Source: the human T2T-CHM13v2.0 reference genome, Homo sapiens
Direction: 5' to 3' (one strand)
Assembly (NCBI RefSeq): GCF_009914755.1
Contig: NC_060928.1
DNA: 64,000 nt
This document shows, piece by piece, positions 15,517 to 30,546 of the stretch. The notes under the pieces are model-generated. The model did not search any database. It was not told the DNA's origin and was given only the letters and a program-made list of their open reading frames with translations. How positions within the stretch are numbered: position 1 is the first letter of the stretch; every line of letters starts with the position of its first letter. The position numbers and the translations under genes are program-made.

Positions 15517-17813
15517 TGTATTAGTCCACTTTCATGCTGCTGATAAAGACATACCTGAGACTGCATAATTTGCAAAAGAAAGGGTTTAATTGGACTTACA
15601 GTTCCATATGGCTGGGGAAACCTCACAATCATGGAAGAAGGCAAGGAGGAGTAAGTCACATCTTACATGAATGGCAGCAGGCAAAGAGAGAATGAGAACC
15701 AAGCGAAAAGGGTTTCCCCTTATCAAACCATCAGATCTCGTGAAACTCATTCACTATCATGAGAACAGTGCAGGAAACTCTTGCCCCCAAAATTCATTTA
15801 CCTCCCACTGGGTCTCTTCCACAACACATTGGATTTCAAGATAGATTTGAGTAGGGACACAGCCAAACAATACCATTCCACCCCTGGCTCCTCCCAAATC
15901 TCCTGTCCTCACATTTGAAAACCAATCATGCCTTCCCAACAGTCCCCCAGAGTCTTAAATTACTTCAGCATTAACTCATCCACAGTCTAAAGTCTCATCT
16001 AAGACAAGGCAAATCCCTTCTGCCTATGAGCCTGTAAAATCAAAAGCAAATTACTTACCTCCTAGATACAATGGGGGTATAGGCATTGGGTAAATACAGC
16101 CATTCCAAATGGGAGAAATTGGCCAAACCAAAGGGGCTACAGGCCCCATGCAAGTTTGAAATCCAGTGGGGCAGTCAAATCTTAAAGCTCCCAAATGATC
16201 TCTGTTGACTCCATGTCTCACATTCAGGTCACACTGATGCAGGAGGTAGGCTCCCATGGCCTTAGGCAGCTTGAATTGTGGCTTTGCAGGGTATAGCCCC
16301 TCCTGGCTGCTTTCACGGGCTGGCACTGAGTGTCTGTGGCTTTTCCAGGCACATGGTGCAAGCTGTAGGTGGATTTACCATTCCGGGATCTGGAGGACAG
16401 TGGTTCTCTTCTCACAGCTCCACTAGATGGTGCACCAGTAGGGACTCTGCATGAGGGCTCTGACCCCATATTTCCCTTCTGTACTGTCCTAGTACAGGTT
16501 CTCCCTGAGGACCCTGCCCCTACAACAAACTTCTGCCTGGGCATCCAGGCATTTCTATACATCTTCTGAAATCTAGGCAGAAGTTCCCAAAGCCCAGTTC
16601 TTGACTTCTGTGCACTCGCAGGCTCAACATCACATGGAAGCTGTCAAGGCCTGGGGCTTGCATGCTCTGAAGCCATGGCCTGAGCTCTACACTTCCCCCT
16701 TTCAACCACGGCTGGAGTGGCTGATATGCAGGGAACCAAGTCCCTAGACTACACACAGCATGGGGACCCTGGGCCTGGCCCACTAAACCATTTTTTCTGC
16801 CTAGACTTCTGGGCTTGTGATGAAAGGGGCTGCCAGTGAGAACTCTGACATGCCCTGGAGACATTTTCCTCATTTTCTTGGGGATTAACATTTGGCTTCT
16901 GGTTACTTATGCAAATTTCTACAGCCTGCTTGAATTTCTCCTCAGAAAGTTGGATTTTCTTCTCTTTTGCACTGTCAGGCTGTAATTTTTTTGAACTTTT
17001 ATGCTCTGCTTCCCTTATAAAACTGAATGCATTTAACAGCACCCAAGACATCTCTTGAATACTTTGCAGCTTAGAAATTTCTTCCAACAGATACCCTAAA
17101 TCATTTCTCTCAAGTTCAAAGTTCTACAGATCTCTAGGGCAGGGGCAAAATGCTGCCTGCTAAAGTCTTTTTGCTAAAACATAACAAAAGTCACCTTAGC
17201 TCCAGTTCCCAAGAAGTTCCTCATCTCCATCTGAGACCACCTTAATCTGGATTTCATTGTCCGTATCGCTATCAGCATTTTCAGCAAAGCCATTCAACAA
17301 GTCTCTGGGAAGTTCCGAACTTTCTCACATTTCCCTGTGTTCTTCTGAGCCCTCCAAACCATTCCAACCTCTGCCTGCTACCCAGTTCCAAAGTCGCTTC
17401 CACATTTTTGCATATCTTTTCAGCAATGCCCCACTCTACTGGTACCAATTTACTGTATTAGCCCATTTTCACACTGCTGATGAAGACATACCTGAGACTC
17501 AGCAATTTACAAAAGAAAAAAGGTTTAATTGGACTTGCAGTTCCACGTGGCTGGGGAAGCCTCACAATCATGGCAGAAGGCAAGGAGGAGTAAGTTACAT
17601 CTTACATGAATGGCAGCATGCAAAGAGAGAATGAGAGCCAAGCAAAATGGGTTTCCCCTTATCAAACCATCAGATCTCGTGAGACTCATTCACTATCATG
17701 AGAACAGCACAGAAAGACCTGCCCCATAACTCAATTACCTCCTACCAGGTCCCTCCCACAACACATGGGAATTCAAGATGAGATTTGGCGGGGGACACAG
17801 CCAAACCTTATCA
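15517..17813 (-). mobile_element. Complete THE1 (ERVL-MaLR) element: LTR 15517-15875, internal 15876-17453, LTR 17454-17813
   Basis: Two ~360-bp direct repeats (tgtattag...gggacacagccaaac...ca) around a ~1.58-kb THE1 internal region; TSD catga/catgc. Confidence 0.95.
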
Positions 17814-17839
17814 CATGCGTATTTTACCGTTATGCTATT

Positions 17840-19560
<1,721 letters not shown>

Positions 19561-20239
19561 TGAAAACGTAAATCTAAGTCAAGTATGTCATGGTTAATAT
19601 ATGCCATATATAGTTTTTATTCATAACCTTATATCCTCTGTTTATTCATATAAAACACACATACATTCCTGTAAATACACATAAAATCAGGACATATACA
19701 ACAAACCAGATGTTAGCATTAACTGCATATTTTATCATACCTCAAATGCAGATGCAATAAAAATTTTTACTATATACTGCTTAAATATAATTTTCAAGTC
19801 TTAGTCCTCTATGGATCCCTTGAAAGTAGTTTCAGTTTACTTTTTTATTGTCACTTCACTTAACCAGAATTTGGAATGAGCATGAAATGGAAATTTTAAA
19901 AGTATTTTTGCTCAAGCTCTTTACAGAGACAACTGTTGTGACATTTAATCCCCAGACAGCAGAGACACTGAACCCACATCTCTATCTTCTTTTGTCCCTG
20001 CCATGTGTCAGTCTTCTGCCTGAACATTCCAAAGAGCAGCATGCAAAGGAGAAAGCCGCCAGATAGCGTGAAGATGTTTATCTTTTTCACCTATGCCAGA
20101 ATTGTTTGGCAGTAATAGATGAAAAGGTAAGAGTCTTTCTCTTCCCACTACCCGCTACCCAACCAAGAAACTATCAAAACCTTCAGAATATTTAATTGTG
20201 ATTCAAAAATACATGTAGAGTGAAGATTTACTTTGAAAG

Positions 20240-21950
20240 GTCATGATATGACACCAAAAGTACAGGCAACAAAATAAAAATAAACAACTGGGATTATATT
20301 GAACTAAAAAGCTTCTGCACAGCAAAGGAAATGATCAACAAAGTGAGAAGGCTATGGTTCTATGGAACCTATGGGAGAAAATATTTGTAAATCATATATC
20401 TGGTAAAAAGTTAATCTTCAAAAGGTATTTTAAAACTCCTATAACTCAGTAGGAAACAACTAATAACCAGGTAGTGGGAAGTGGGGGATAGGAAGAGATT
20501 GGTCAATGGGTACAAAGTTACAGTTAGATAAGAGGGAAAAGATCTGGTGTTCTATTACACAATAGGATGACATGATTAACAATGTTATATCATACATTAC
20601 AAAATAGCTAGAAGAGAGGATTTTGAATGTTCTCACCAAAAATGATAAATGTTCGAGGTGATGAATATGCTAAATATCCTAATTTTATCGTTACACAATG
20701 TACACATGTATCAAAACATTGCACTATACCTCATAAATATGTGCAATTATTGTGTGTTTAAAAACAACATTTAAAAAATGGGCTAAGGCCATAAATAGAC
20801 ATTTCTCCAAAGAAGACATACAAATGGCCAACAAGTTTATGAAAAAAATGCTCAACATAGCTAATTATCAGGGAAATGCAAATTTAAACCACAATGAGAT
20901 ATCACCTCACACCTGTTAGGAGGCCATTATTAAAAGAAAAAAAAAAGACAAGTGTTGGTGAGGATGTGGAGAAATTGAAACCCCTGAAAACTATTGGTAG
21001 GAATGCAAAATGGCAAACTACTTTGGAAAACAATATGGAAGTTTCCCCCAACATTAAAAATAGAGCTACCAAATGATCCAGAATCCCACTTTTGGATATT
21101 TATTCAAAGAATTGAAATCAGGATATTGAAAAGATATTAGCATTCCCATGTTCATTGTAGCACTATTCACAGTAGCTGAGTTATGGAAACAATCTAAATG
21201 TCCATTGACAGATGAATGGATAAACAAAATGTGGCAAATACATACATTAGAATACTATTCAACCTTAAAAAAAGAAGCAAATTCTGCAATATGCAACAAC
21301 ATGCATGAAACTTGAGGATATTATGCTGAGTGAAATGATCCAGTTGCAGAAAGACAAACACTGCATTATTCCACTTATATGATGTATCTATCATAGTCAA
21401 ATTCATAGAGTAAAAGTGAGGAAGTCTGAGTGTGGTGGCTCACACCTGTAAATTGCAGCATTTTGAGAGGCTGAAGTAGGCGGATTGTTTGAGGCCAGGA
21501 GTTTGGGACAAGCCTGGGCAACATGGGGAAACTGCCTCTCTACAAAAAAATTCAAAATTAACTAGGTGTGGTGGCACACACCTGTAGTCCTAACTACCTG
21601 GGAGGCTGAGGTGGGAGGATCACCTGAGCCTGGGGAGGTCAAGGCTGCAGTTAACTGTGATTGTACCACTGCACTCCTGCACTTGAGTGACAGAGCAAGA
21701 TTCTGTCTTACAAAAAAAAAAAAAAAAAAGGAATGGAATGGTGATTGTCAGAGGCTGAGGGGAGAAGACACAGGGAGTTACTAATCTATGGGCATAAAGT
21801 TTCAGTCAAGCAAGATGAGTAAGCTCTAGAGATTTGCCATACACATAGTACTTATAGTCAACAATACTGTATTGTACACTTAAACTTTTTTATTAAGTAG
21901 ACTTCATGTTAGGTGTTTTTACCACAATAAACTAACATTTTTTAAAAAAG
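20240..21950 (+). mobile_element. L1MA-like ORF2 end and 3' UTR, containing a nested L1 3' end (~20470-20770) and an Alu
   Basis: aaaagcttctgcacagcaaaggaa...gacatttctccaaagaagacatacaaatggcc...MRYHLTPVR motif...taagctctagagat. Confidence 0.88.
21424..21729 (+). mobile_element. AluJ-like inside L1
   Basis: Alu dimer with poly-A ending at 21729. Confidence 0.93.
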
Positions 21951-22047
21951 AAAATACTTGGTTCCTTGCTTTGATTAGATCAAGTGGTTAGGGGGTAGAG
22001 GTTTGTGGGGAGATAGTAAAAGAGACACCAGGTGATGACCTGCTTTT

Positions 22048-22106
22048 TAAAATTTATTATTTTTTATTATTATTATTTTTGTTTCCGATCCCACTCCACC
22101 GGGATG
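22048..22106 (-). mobile_element. Micro-retroposed insertion (26-nt body plus A-rich tail) with 14-bp TSD
   Basis: Direct repeat gatgacctgctttt at 22034-22047 and 22107-22120; T-rich tract 22048-22080; L1 endonuclease site TT/AAAA on the minus strand. Confidence 0.8.
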
Positions 22107-23274
22107 GATGACCTGCTTTTAACCCAACCTCTTTGTCACATGTACTCAGGAAAAATTTCTACACAGAATGTCATCTTTACTCGCCAAATATCAACTTGAT
22201 TAGTGTGAGACAGAAACAGTATTCAGTAAAATTTTGATGTAAAAAATACCTAATTGGGCTTTAAGAACATTTTCTTTGAACTTACATTTAAATATATTTT
22301 TCCGATTCTTAGAATCATATGTCCATGAACCCCTAAGCAATATCCCATATTATCTGGGAAACACCTCCACAAAGATACTGATGAGCCTAAAGATGAAGAC
22401 AAGTTCTAGAATATGTTACTTGTTGGGAGAGGAAGCTCATATGCAACAGTGAACATAGAAGAGGTAGGTGATGCTTCAGCATTAAATTTGAGGATGGTTT
22501 AATATGTGTGTTCATAAGACACACACCTTCACAAATCATTGGAGAATGTCTGAGAATAATCGATTTTTTTTAAAGGTCAAGTTGGCAGGGAATGTAACTC
22601 AAAATATCAAATTCAATGAAAAAAGCAAAACTGTGTATTCAGTATAATTCCATATTTGATAAAAATGAAAGATATTATTTTATGAACAGGAAAGGAAAAG
22701 TACTGGAATGCAAGTAGAATTGTTAAAAATAGTTTTCTTTGGGGAAAATAATCAGGGCCAATGTTCAAGTTTCATGTCACGTGTTTCAGTAATTTGTAGT
22801 TTATATATATCTATAATATTACTTTAGCAATTAGAAAAAATATTTTCAAGTTGGAGGAGGACCCAGAGAATCAACACGGCCATCATTCCTCCCTAGCGCT
22901 GTCCAGGATGGAGTCCAACCAAACAAGCCCTGCTGATGCTACCTGAATCCTGTCATCAGCCCGCTCCTTTCCCATGCAGGACATGAAGATCACTAGCTCT
23001 CAGCCTGGGACTGTGGAAGTGGCTGTGTGAACTCCTTCACTTTGAAGTACATGAGGAAAAATTTATATAGAAACAAAAGTGTAATAAAGCAAATCACAAG
23101 AATGTCAATAGTAAGTATCTGATGTGCCATCAAAACAAGTGCTTTGTAGAACGAACACAAGTCTAACAAACTTTAAAAGTAGATTTGTGCCGATGAGTTC
23201 CTTGGAAAGCAGTCAGAGGATCTTTCCCAAAGGCAGTAAATAAGTATCATCCCTTCCTGCACTGGCGTTATCTA

Positions 23275-23500
23275 AAACCCTGAATTGGACACAGAACTGC
23301 ACCCCATACTAGCTGCATGAAATTGGGGAAGTTACTTAACTTCTCTGACCCTTGGTTTCTTCATCAGTAAAATGTGGAAAATCAACAGTGTCTACTTCAT
23401 AAGGTTGTTATGTGGATTAAAGAGATGCCTCAGCTCAGGCTATAACTATCATATCAGGATGTGGTATCTAATGAAGGCCCAGTAAACATCTGCTATTAAA
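23275..23500 (+). mobile_element. MIR
   Basis: ggggaagttacttaacttctctgacccttggtttcttcatcagtaaaatg. Confidence 0.8.
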
Positions 23501-23959
23501 AAATGATAACAGAAGTCAAACATGTGCAAGGGCAAAGCAGAAACAAAAACAAAGACAACCACAGACAACTCTTTATATGCTAAAAAACAAAAGCATTAAA
23601 TAAAGGTTTATTAACATCATATTAAAGACACATTATGCCATATGTAAGCATTACATCAAACTCTATATAATAAGACACAAACAAATACCAAACAAAGTTT
23701 TTATGGTAGTATGAGTCACCATTAAAATGGGAAAGTTCTACACAATAAGAGCAACTTAGCAATACTTTGTCAATTATTCGTCTTCTGTCCCTAATGCTTG
23801 ATATTTATCTATGTCAGAGAAAACTTGTTTATAAATATGCAGGCCAAGCTTTAATATACTTTGACTTTCTCCAGTTTTAGTAAGGGACTTGTCATGTATT
23901 CTATTCTGGTGAGATTCACTAAGTAGCACTAGAACTCACAAGCATACAGGTGGATGTGG

Positions 23960-24290
23960 AAAAACGCATTCATTTGGTACCAGATGTATCTGTGTTTAAA
24001 TTCCAGCTCCATCTTGTATTAACTTTGTGACCTTGAGCACATTATATAATTTCTTTGTTCTTTGGGTTCCTCCTCTGCTTAATGAGAATACAATAATGTC
24101 TCCATCTCAGGGTTGTTACAAGGATTAAATAACGGTATTTCAAATGCTTGGCACTCAGTATGTGCTTAAAGGTTGTTAGTTTCCCTGCTTCTCCAAAAAG
24201 GAATCTAGGAGATCATCACCCTTCTCATTTTACAAATGAGAAAGCTGAAGCCCACAGAAGTTTAAGAAAATGCCCAAAGTCCCACTTCTG
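23960..24290. mobile_element. MIR (+) followed by a MIR fragment (-)
   Basis: tgtgaccttgagcac...cagggttgttacaaggattaaat; then cattttacaaatgagaaagctgaagcccacagaag. Confidence 0.75.
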
Positions 24291-27200
24291 CACTCTTTCC
24301 TCTGCTGTCCTCTTATTAGCTTGCTTAACTTCAATAGAGAAGAGAAAACTCAGCGTAATCAAAAAGAATTCTTTTCCTCTTTTTAATATAGGTAAGCCAC
24401 CAAGAGACTTTTAAAGTAGGAGTGAGTTTTATGAAAGGTAATAAGTAGTCTAAGAACTGTTTTAAATCCTCAGAGATATTAAAAACAGAAGTTCTGTTCT
24501 TCCAGTATTTCCATAGCAGAACATAAGTATTTTGTATGCTTTGGCACCAAAAAACTCCAGAACTGAGTATTTATCTGCACATTTTAACTCAAGCCTCCTG
24601 GAATGCTTGCCCATGGAATTGGCAAAGGAACTGGCATTCAGTATTTAGAGCAGCCAAGTTTGCTCAGACCACAGCTGTATTTGAAGCACAGCTCTCTGCC
24701 ATTAGTCAATGGAACTTGCACAAAATTCAATTTAGATGTAAATGTTGTGATTCTTACCCAGCTTTCATATCTCTTTTATCTTTTTCCATACCTGATGATC
24801 ACCCCAGGACAACCCAACAGAACCTGGGATCCTGTGCATAATAGAAGGCAAAATTCCGCAAGCTGTAATTTACAGCTTGACCTCTTTATTTGAAGAAGAA
24901 TGACAAGCTTTATTCAGCAGGAAGGAGATATTCAATATTACTCTTTTAAAATAGTCAACCAAGAATCTGCTATTTCTTTAAAAATGTTTTTAAAGTTATA
25001 TTTTACCATAATAAAACTGGTTGAATTTTATTTGGTTATTTAAAACATGTAAGTATGCTTGTTTGTCCCTCTCACTTAAAGTTCTTACCACATCCAGAAG
25101 AGCTGGAAACATCAAATGTTGCTGAAGCTACTGTAGCTACTGTGATACACGGAAACTCAACCATTGGAAATGGGCCATATTTGTGACTAGATCAGTTGCT
25201 GTTACCAAACTGCTCATGTAGCAATCTATGTCTATTGTTATAACTGTGACATTAGTTGAGCCACAATCTTGTTACTTCAGCCATATGGACCCACAGAGCG
25301 CAAACCAGGTCAGACAAATTCAGATGCCTGTGAGACATTTACCAGTGGTTCTTGAGGGTGGCATGCTTCTTCCAAAAACTGTTTGTTGGTCTGGCAATGT
25401 GGAAATTATCAGGCCTGCATGGTGAAAGGAACTAATATATTAATCCTATTTAAATAGGTCTGAGTTCATTTTATAGGAAAAGATGAGAATGAACAGTCAG
25501 TCAGACTTCTATGCCTATGATGTATTCATATACTTGGTTCTGTTTATTATAAACAATTTTTCTCAGAAACACACTACTGTCAGAGTTATAATTAAATATG
25601 GGCATTTTGGGTTTTTCAGTCTATCTTAAAACAACTATTGGTGTTATTCTGTTATATCCTATTTACACAAGTTGAAAGGATTACACCAAAAGGTAATTAT
25701 AGATAAGAAATGAATATTTGTTTATTTCCAAGTCATGGCATTTGATTGGGTATTAATCTTGGCAGGTATTTACAAGAAAGACACAAATAACATTTTGAAG
25801 TTGCCCCTAAAAACTGACCAGTTTCAGACAGTAATACTACTAGACTCAAAAAAAACAAAATAACACATCCATCACACCCCCTCGTTGTAAGACAGTTATT
25901 TTTCTGGGGACTGTTCTGTCTGGATCTCATCACCCATAACCAGTATTGATCTGCTCTGACCTCTCTGCTTTACACCTCTGTTTCAATTCAAAACATTATT
26001 CCCAGTTCTGAAGAGGCTTGGGGCCTGGCTATATCCTGAAAGGTTGCTTGATTGTGTTCCTGGCTCAACGTCTAGATGACATTTCTAACAAGTTCCAGGG
26101 AAACCTTACACTGTCTTGCAAGTTTTCTTCTGTAGCATAAAGGGATGATAAATTACGTTCTGGTACTTCATTCTTATTTCTGTTTTTTAATGGATCTTTT
26201 ACTAGGAATCAATGTCCTTTCCTGCACTGCCCTCCTCCCCGCTATACTGTGGGATAGCCAATCCCACCCTCTCTTTCTTGGGATCTAAATAATGACAGCG
26301 TAAGATGAAACTGTGCCTAAGACTGTGAGCTCTTCAATCTTGAGCTAATGGTTTTTCTGTAATGAAGATCTACAGCTTTTTATTTCTATTACATTTAGAG
26401 TGAATATTTACAAATATCTTTGAAAGAGTTCTAAGGGTCCATCTGGAAAGGCATTTTAAAAGACTTTACTTCTACACTTTGATGACTGTTTCTCAAAGGT
26501 CAGGAATGGGGACTGTAAAGAGAAATGAGGGAAATTTGCCAAGATGCATGATCAACCACTCCTGGGAAATGAAAATGTTCATCAGTGAGACGCAATTCTG
26601 ACAGAGAGGATGGTGATCCAGGTCCAATACTCCAGCGTAAGGTTACATGAAGGACAGAATGCAAACATTAATAAAATCAAGTTACACTGGATCTCTTGTG
26701 TCTCTTGACTTCTTAGATCTCTCAGAGAAAGAAATGAGATAAAATTATACTTCTCTTCACACCCTACCTACTTCTCTCCCTGTTCTTTCTCCTACTTCCC
26801 ACTTTCAAAACAACAAAGGCCCAAATCCCCAAAGACTCTGTATTTTTCTGGCTAAAACTCTCTGGGGAAACACAGTTGTGAGGGTGCCTTGATGCTTCCC
26901 AGGTCATTTGGTCGACTACATATAGAGATCAGCTAAAGTCTGGCAGTGGTCACTCTACTTGGTCATAGGGAGAGGGCCAGAAGGCAGGCTCCCAGCCAGT
27001 TGTACCTCTGTCACACCATATCAGAGTGGGGGAAGGAAGTGGCTGGAGATGCTCCAGATGACATTGTCCTCCAAGTTAGATGCTTTTGTGTTGTTTTGAA
27101 GCCAGCCAGTGAATAGAGACAAAGAAGTATACTCTGGGTGAGTTGTCCCATGCTTTCTATAGTGAAGAAGTGCTTAAGATGAAGTCCTGAGTGGACATTA

Positions 27201-29904
27201 AACTGGGAGTAAGAGAATCTAGATTCTAGTCTTAATTGGGCCTCAATTTCCTCATCTGTAAAATGAGATGGTAGAACTAGATAATCTCTAGAAGGGATTG
27301 GTAAAATATTGGAAGAGATATTGGATTGGTTTCAGCTACAATGGATCCCTTGAATATATACAAAAGTGTAGGTGTGTGTGCACGTGCACGCATGTGTGGT
27401 TTCATTCAAACTGTTGAGAATTATTAAGCCTTTTTCAAACTCTGAAGTTCATCTTTGTATTTTTTTAAGTCTCTTCATCATATCAAAATCATTTTTTCAA
27501 ATGTGTTGAGTAATGAAAATAAGTGCTTTTCAGAACTAATCCTTTAATGCATGTTTAAACATTTAATCTAGAACTTGATTACAAAGTAATTTAATGAAGA
27601 AAATAATCTGTTATAATTCTTATAGATGTTTATTAGTTTTTAGATTTAAAAAAAAAACAGGGCTTATAATTAAAGCAATTGACTAATGATCTCACAGCCT
27701 CAAGGTTGTATGCAAACCTAGATTAGAAATACTTTGTCTCTAAAAATAACAAAATGACCATAACATTTTTTTTCTTACAAGTTTGAAGTGGTCAATTATG
27801 GGTAACACATACATTCCTAAGGAAATCTGAAATGGTCTTGAAGAATAAGTTTCTTTGAAATGGTAAGTAACACAAAAAGTGTACTTCTTTTTTTGGAAAA
27901 TGATTCACAAATAACCCCTTTAAACCAACAATTGGTGATTTATATTCTGGTCAGGATTTTGGAGTCTGGGCAATGCCATTACTTAGCTGTTTTGACTATG
28001 AGAACTTTTACAAATTTATTCTGACTTCTATGATCTTTAATCTCTTTTCTACACCTGAAAAATAATAAAGATTGTAAACTAGATGTCCTCAAAGATTCTT
28101 CCCTCCCCAGTGATACATGACTATACTTGGGACTCTCTAAATGCCCTGCTGTCAACAGAGCTATCCTGAAGCTTACTGAACACAAGGTGGTGCTTTCATA
28201 TGAGCTTCTTTCTAGTTCTTTTGTTAATTAAGAACAAGTTTTTGTTTTTTGTCCCCAGTTTAGCCAAATGCTCCTGAAATAGAAATGCATTAGTAAATAA
28301 GAGCTTCATTTTTAATAGGTTTTCCCCTTTCTTTAGGAGTGATAGAAGTTTCATAATGTGTATTTCGTTTTCCTAATAATTTCAAAAAGGCAAATTTCAC
28401 TAGGGCCATGAAAGTATTCTTGGATTTATCCAGACTATGTAGAAACCACCATCACAGCTGGCTAAAAAGCAAAAGCTTGGTTAAATTGACTTGGCGTGGT
28501 TCCCAGGGTTTCCCAGGCATTAAGCAATATCTGAAAGTTAAAAGTCTGTCACCTTCAGAAGCTGCAATAACTCTTTGATTCACTGTAGTCCAATTTAACA
28601 CATTGTGATGTAATAATATATATATGTGAGTAATATGAGAAAGCTGATTTTTCTTCAACGGCAGCACATTCATAACTTAGGATATAACATCTCTGGGATG
28701 TTGTCAATTTTAAAGTCTCTCCTTCCTAGTTGGTTGGTTACATAACCATGGGAGTACTGTTCTTTATCTGTTAAAAAATTCTTTCAGGTGTCATTACTGT
28801 TGTGTATAGATGTGGTCACTTTTGTTTAGATATCTTAACACTGAGGAGTTGGATGAGAACGTTTTTAAGGAACTATTTTCCCCTAAGGCAAGCAGAGCAT
28901 ATTTTATAAGGACCACCACTTACACTACCTTAGTCATAGCCATCTATACTCCACAGGAATGTTGCTGTTGAATGCCCACCATATGAAAGGCAGTGTCAGC
29001 ATGCAGCGGGCAGTGTAGAGGTAAAGTGATTACACCTGTCCACACTTGTAGTCACAGCACTTTAGAATCATAGAATTCTACCAAAGACAACCTCTTATAA
29101 TAGAAAGTATCTAACAATGTCAACTCATCTAAATCTATCACCACCAAATGTTAACAGATGGGAAAGGGAGATGATGGGAGGTAACAGATTTTCTTAAAGT
29201 CATATTGCTTTAGGTGATTGTAAATTCCACACTTTTCTGATTCCTGGACCAATATTCTCGTAACACCTCATGATTTATGTATAGAACCTGTGGAGAATGA
29301 AGCTACCTAAAAGTGCCCTTTGTGCACAGTCTCTGATAAAATATGTTATGATTTGCCTAAATTGTCTCTTACACTTGAAATTACTTTTAAAAAATCCATG
29401 AAAAATCAAAGTTAAAAGTAGCAGACCATTAATGTTATAAAACAACAGCTTTCCTAGTTTTCTTCTTACTAATAAAAGTCCTGATTGGTGTTTGTTAAGT
29501 TGCATCAGCTAGAGATTAAAATAATTATTAACTATTTTGCTAAGATTCAAACAGATGGAAAATGCTTGAAATATCTCAATTTTGTACTTAAAATAAATGC
29601 TTATAAAGTGATATATTTTAGGTTATTAAGGACAATTTGTTGAATACTTGTCGAGTTAGTGTTTGGCTTGTCCTATTCTTTTAAAACAAGTCTATTGTAG
29701 CTCTCTTAACTCTCCTAACAGCTGGCTCCCATTCAACATCAAAAGTACAAATTTTAATAACTATTTCTAATGCCATAGTAACTTTAGAGAGATGGGGCAT
29801 CCCTTTTTAATTATTAAAAAAGGGTCTGTTTTGGTGCCAAACTACAGAAGGTGCAGTTTTGAGGACAGATTAGAAATTGAATACACCAAGGTAGCTGCTT
29901 GGGA

Positions 29905-30546
29905 AAATGAACAGTATATAATCTAATCTCTTTAATTTTATGTACATGAATATAATGTATGTCAACTTTGTACATGAGATACATATAGTATTTAAACATT
30001 TTACTCAACAAACAAGAATTTACAATAGCAATATAACTGACTAGAGGGCTATCAACTTAATAATACTTAGATTAGATCTGTACTTTAATAGGAAAAGAAT
30101 TTAATAGTTTACAATCATAGAAACACTGACATTTAAAACAAGAATTTATAAAATAATTTATATATATCCTAGCATCTATAGAGAGGAATGATTTGCATTT
30201 GTGGGTGTGTGCAATGAATGGCATATTTTAAATTTTTAGGTAATAAAATAATTTAGAAGCAGTTCATGCAGTGGTCAAAGCAAGGAATGGCAAGTTCCTT
30301 CAAGAAGCCCTCTATCTTTGACACCAACCGGCATCAGACACACACTAGGTACCATGGGGCACGCTAGAACAAGTCTCCTTCAAGAGTTACTTATATAAAC
30401 ATCAATATACACACGTTGATATCCTTCCTTCCATAGTACAAGTACAGGTCACAACTTCTCTCAACTGTGGGAGTAGTCAGTTTATACTTAAAGTGATTTA
30501 ATGTCCCTCCTGGAGTTCTACATAATATATCTCTATAAGAAGGTAA
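29905..30546 (-). other. NDNF: NDNF 3' UTR (proximal form; 3' end approximate)
   Basis: AU-rich, repeat-free sequence after the stop codon. End inferred from ATTAAA at 29936-29931. Confidence 0.6.
29931..29936 (-). terminator. Candidate polyadenylation signal ATTAAA
   Basis: tttaat on + strand; TGTA motifs just upstream on the minus strand; U-rich sequence downstream. Other ATTAAA hexamers exist nearby. Confidence 0.5.

Noticed and set aside
16051-17634. Cluster of 90-125 aa ORFs
   Set aside because: Fragments of the decayed THE1 internal region and LTR.
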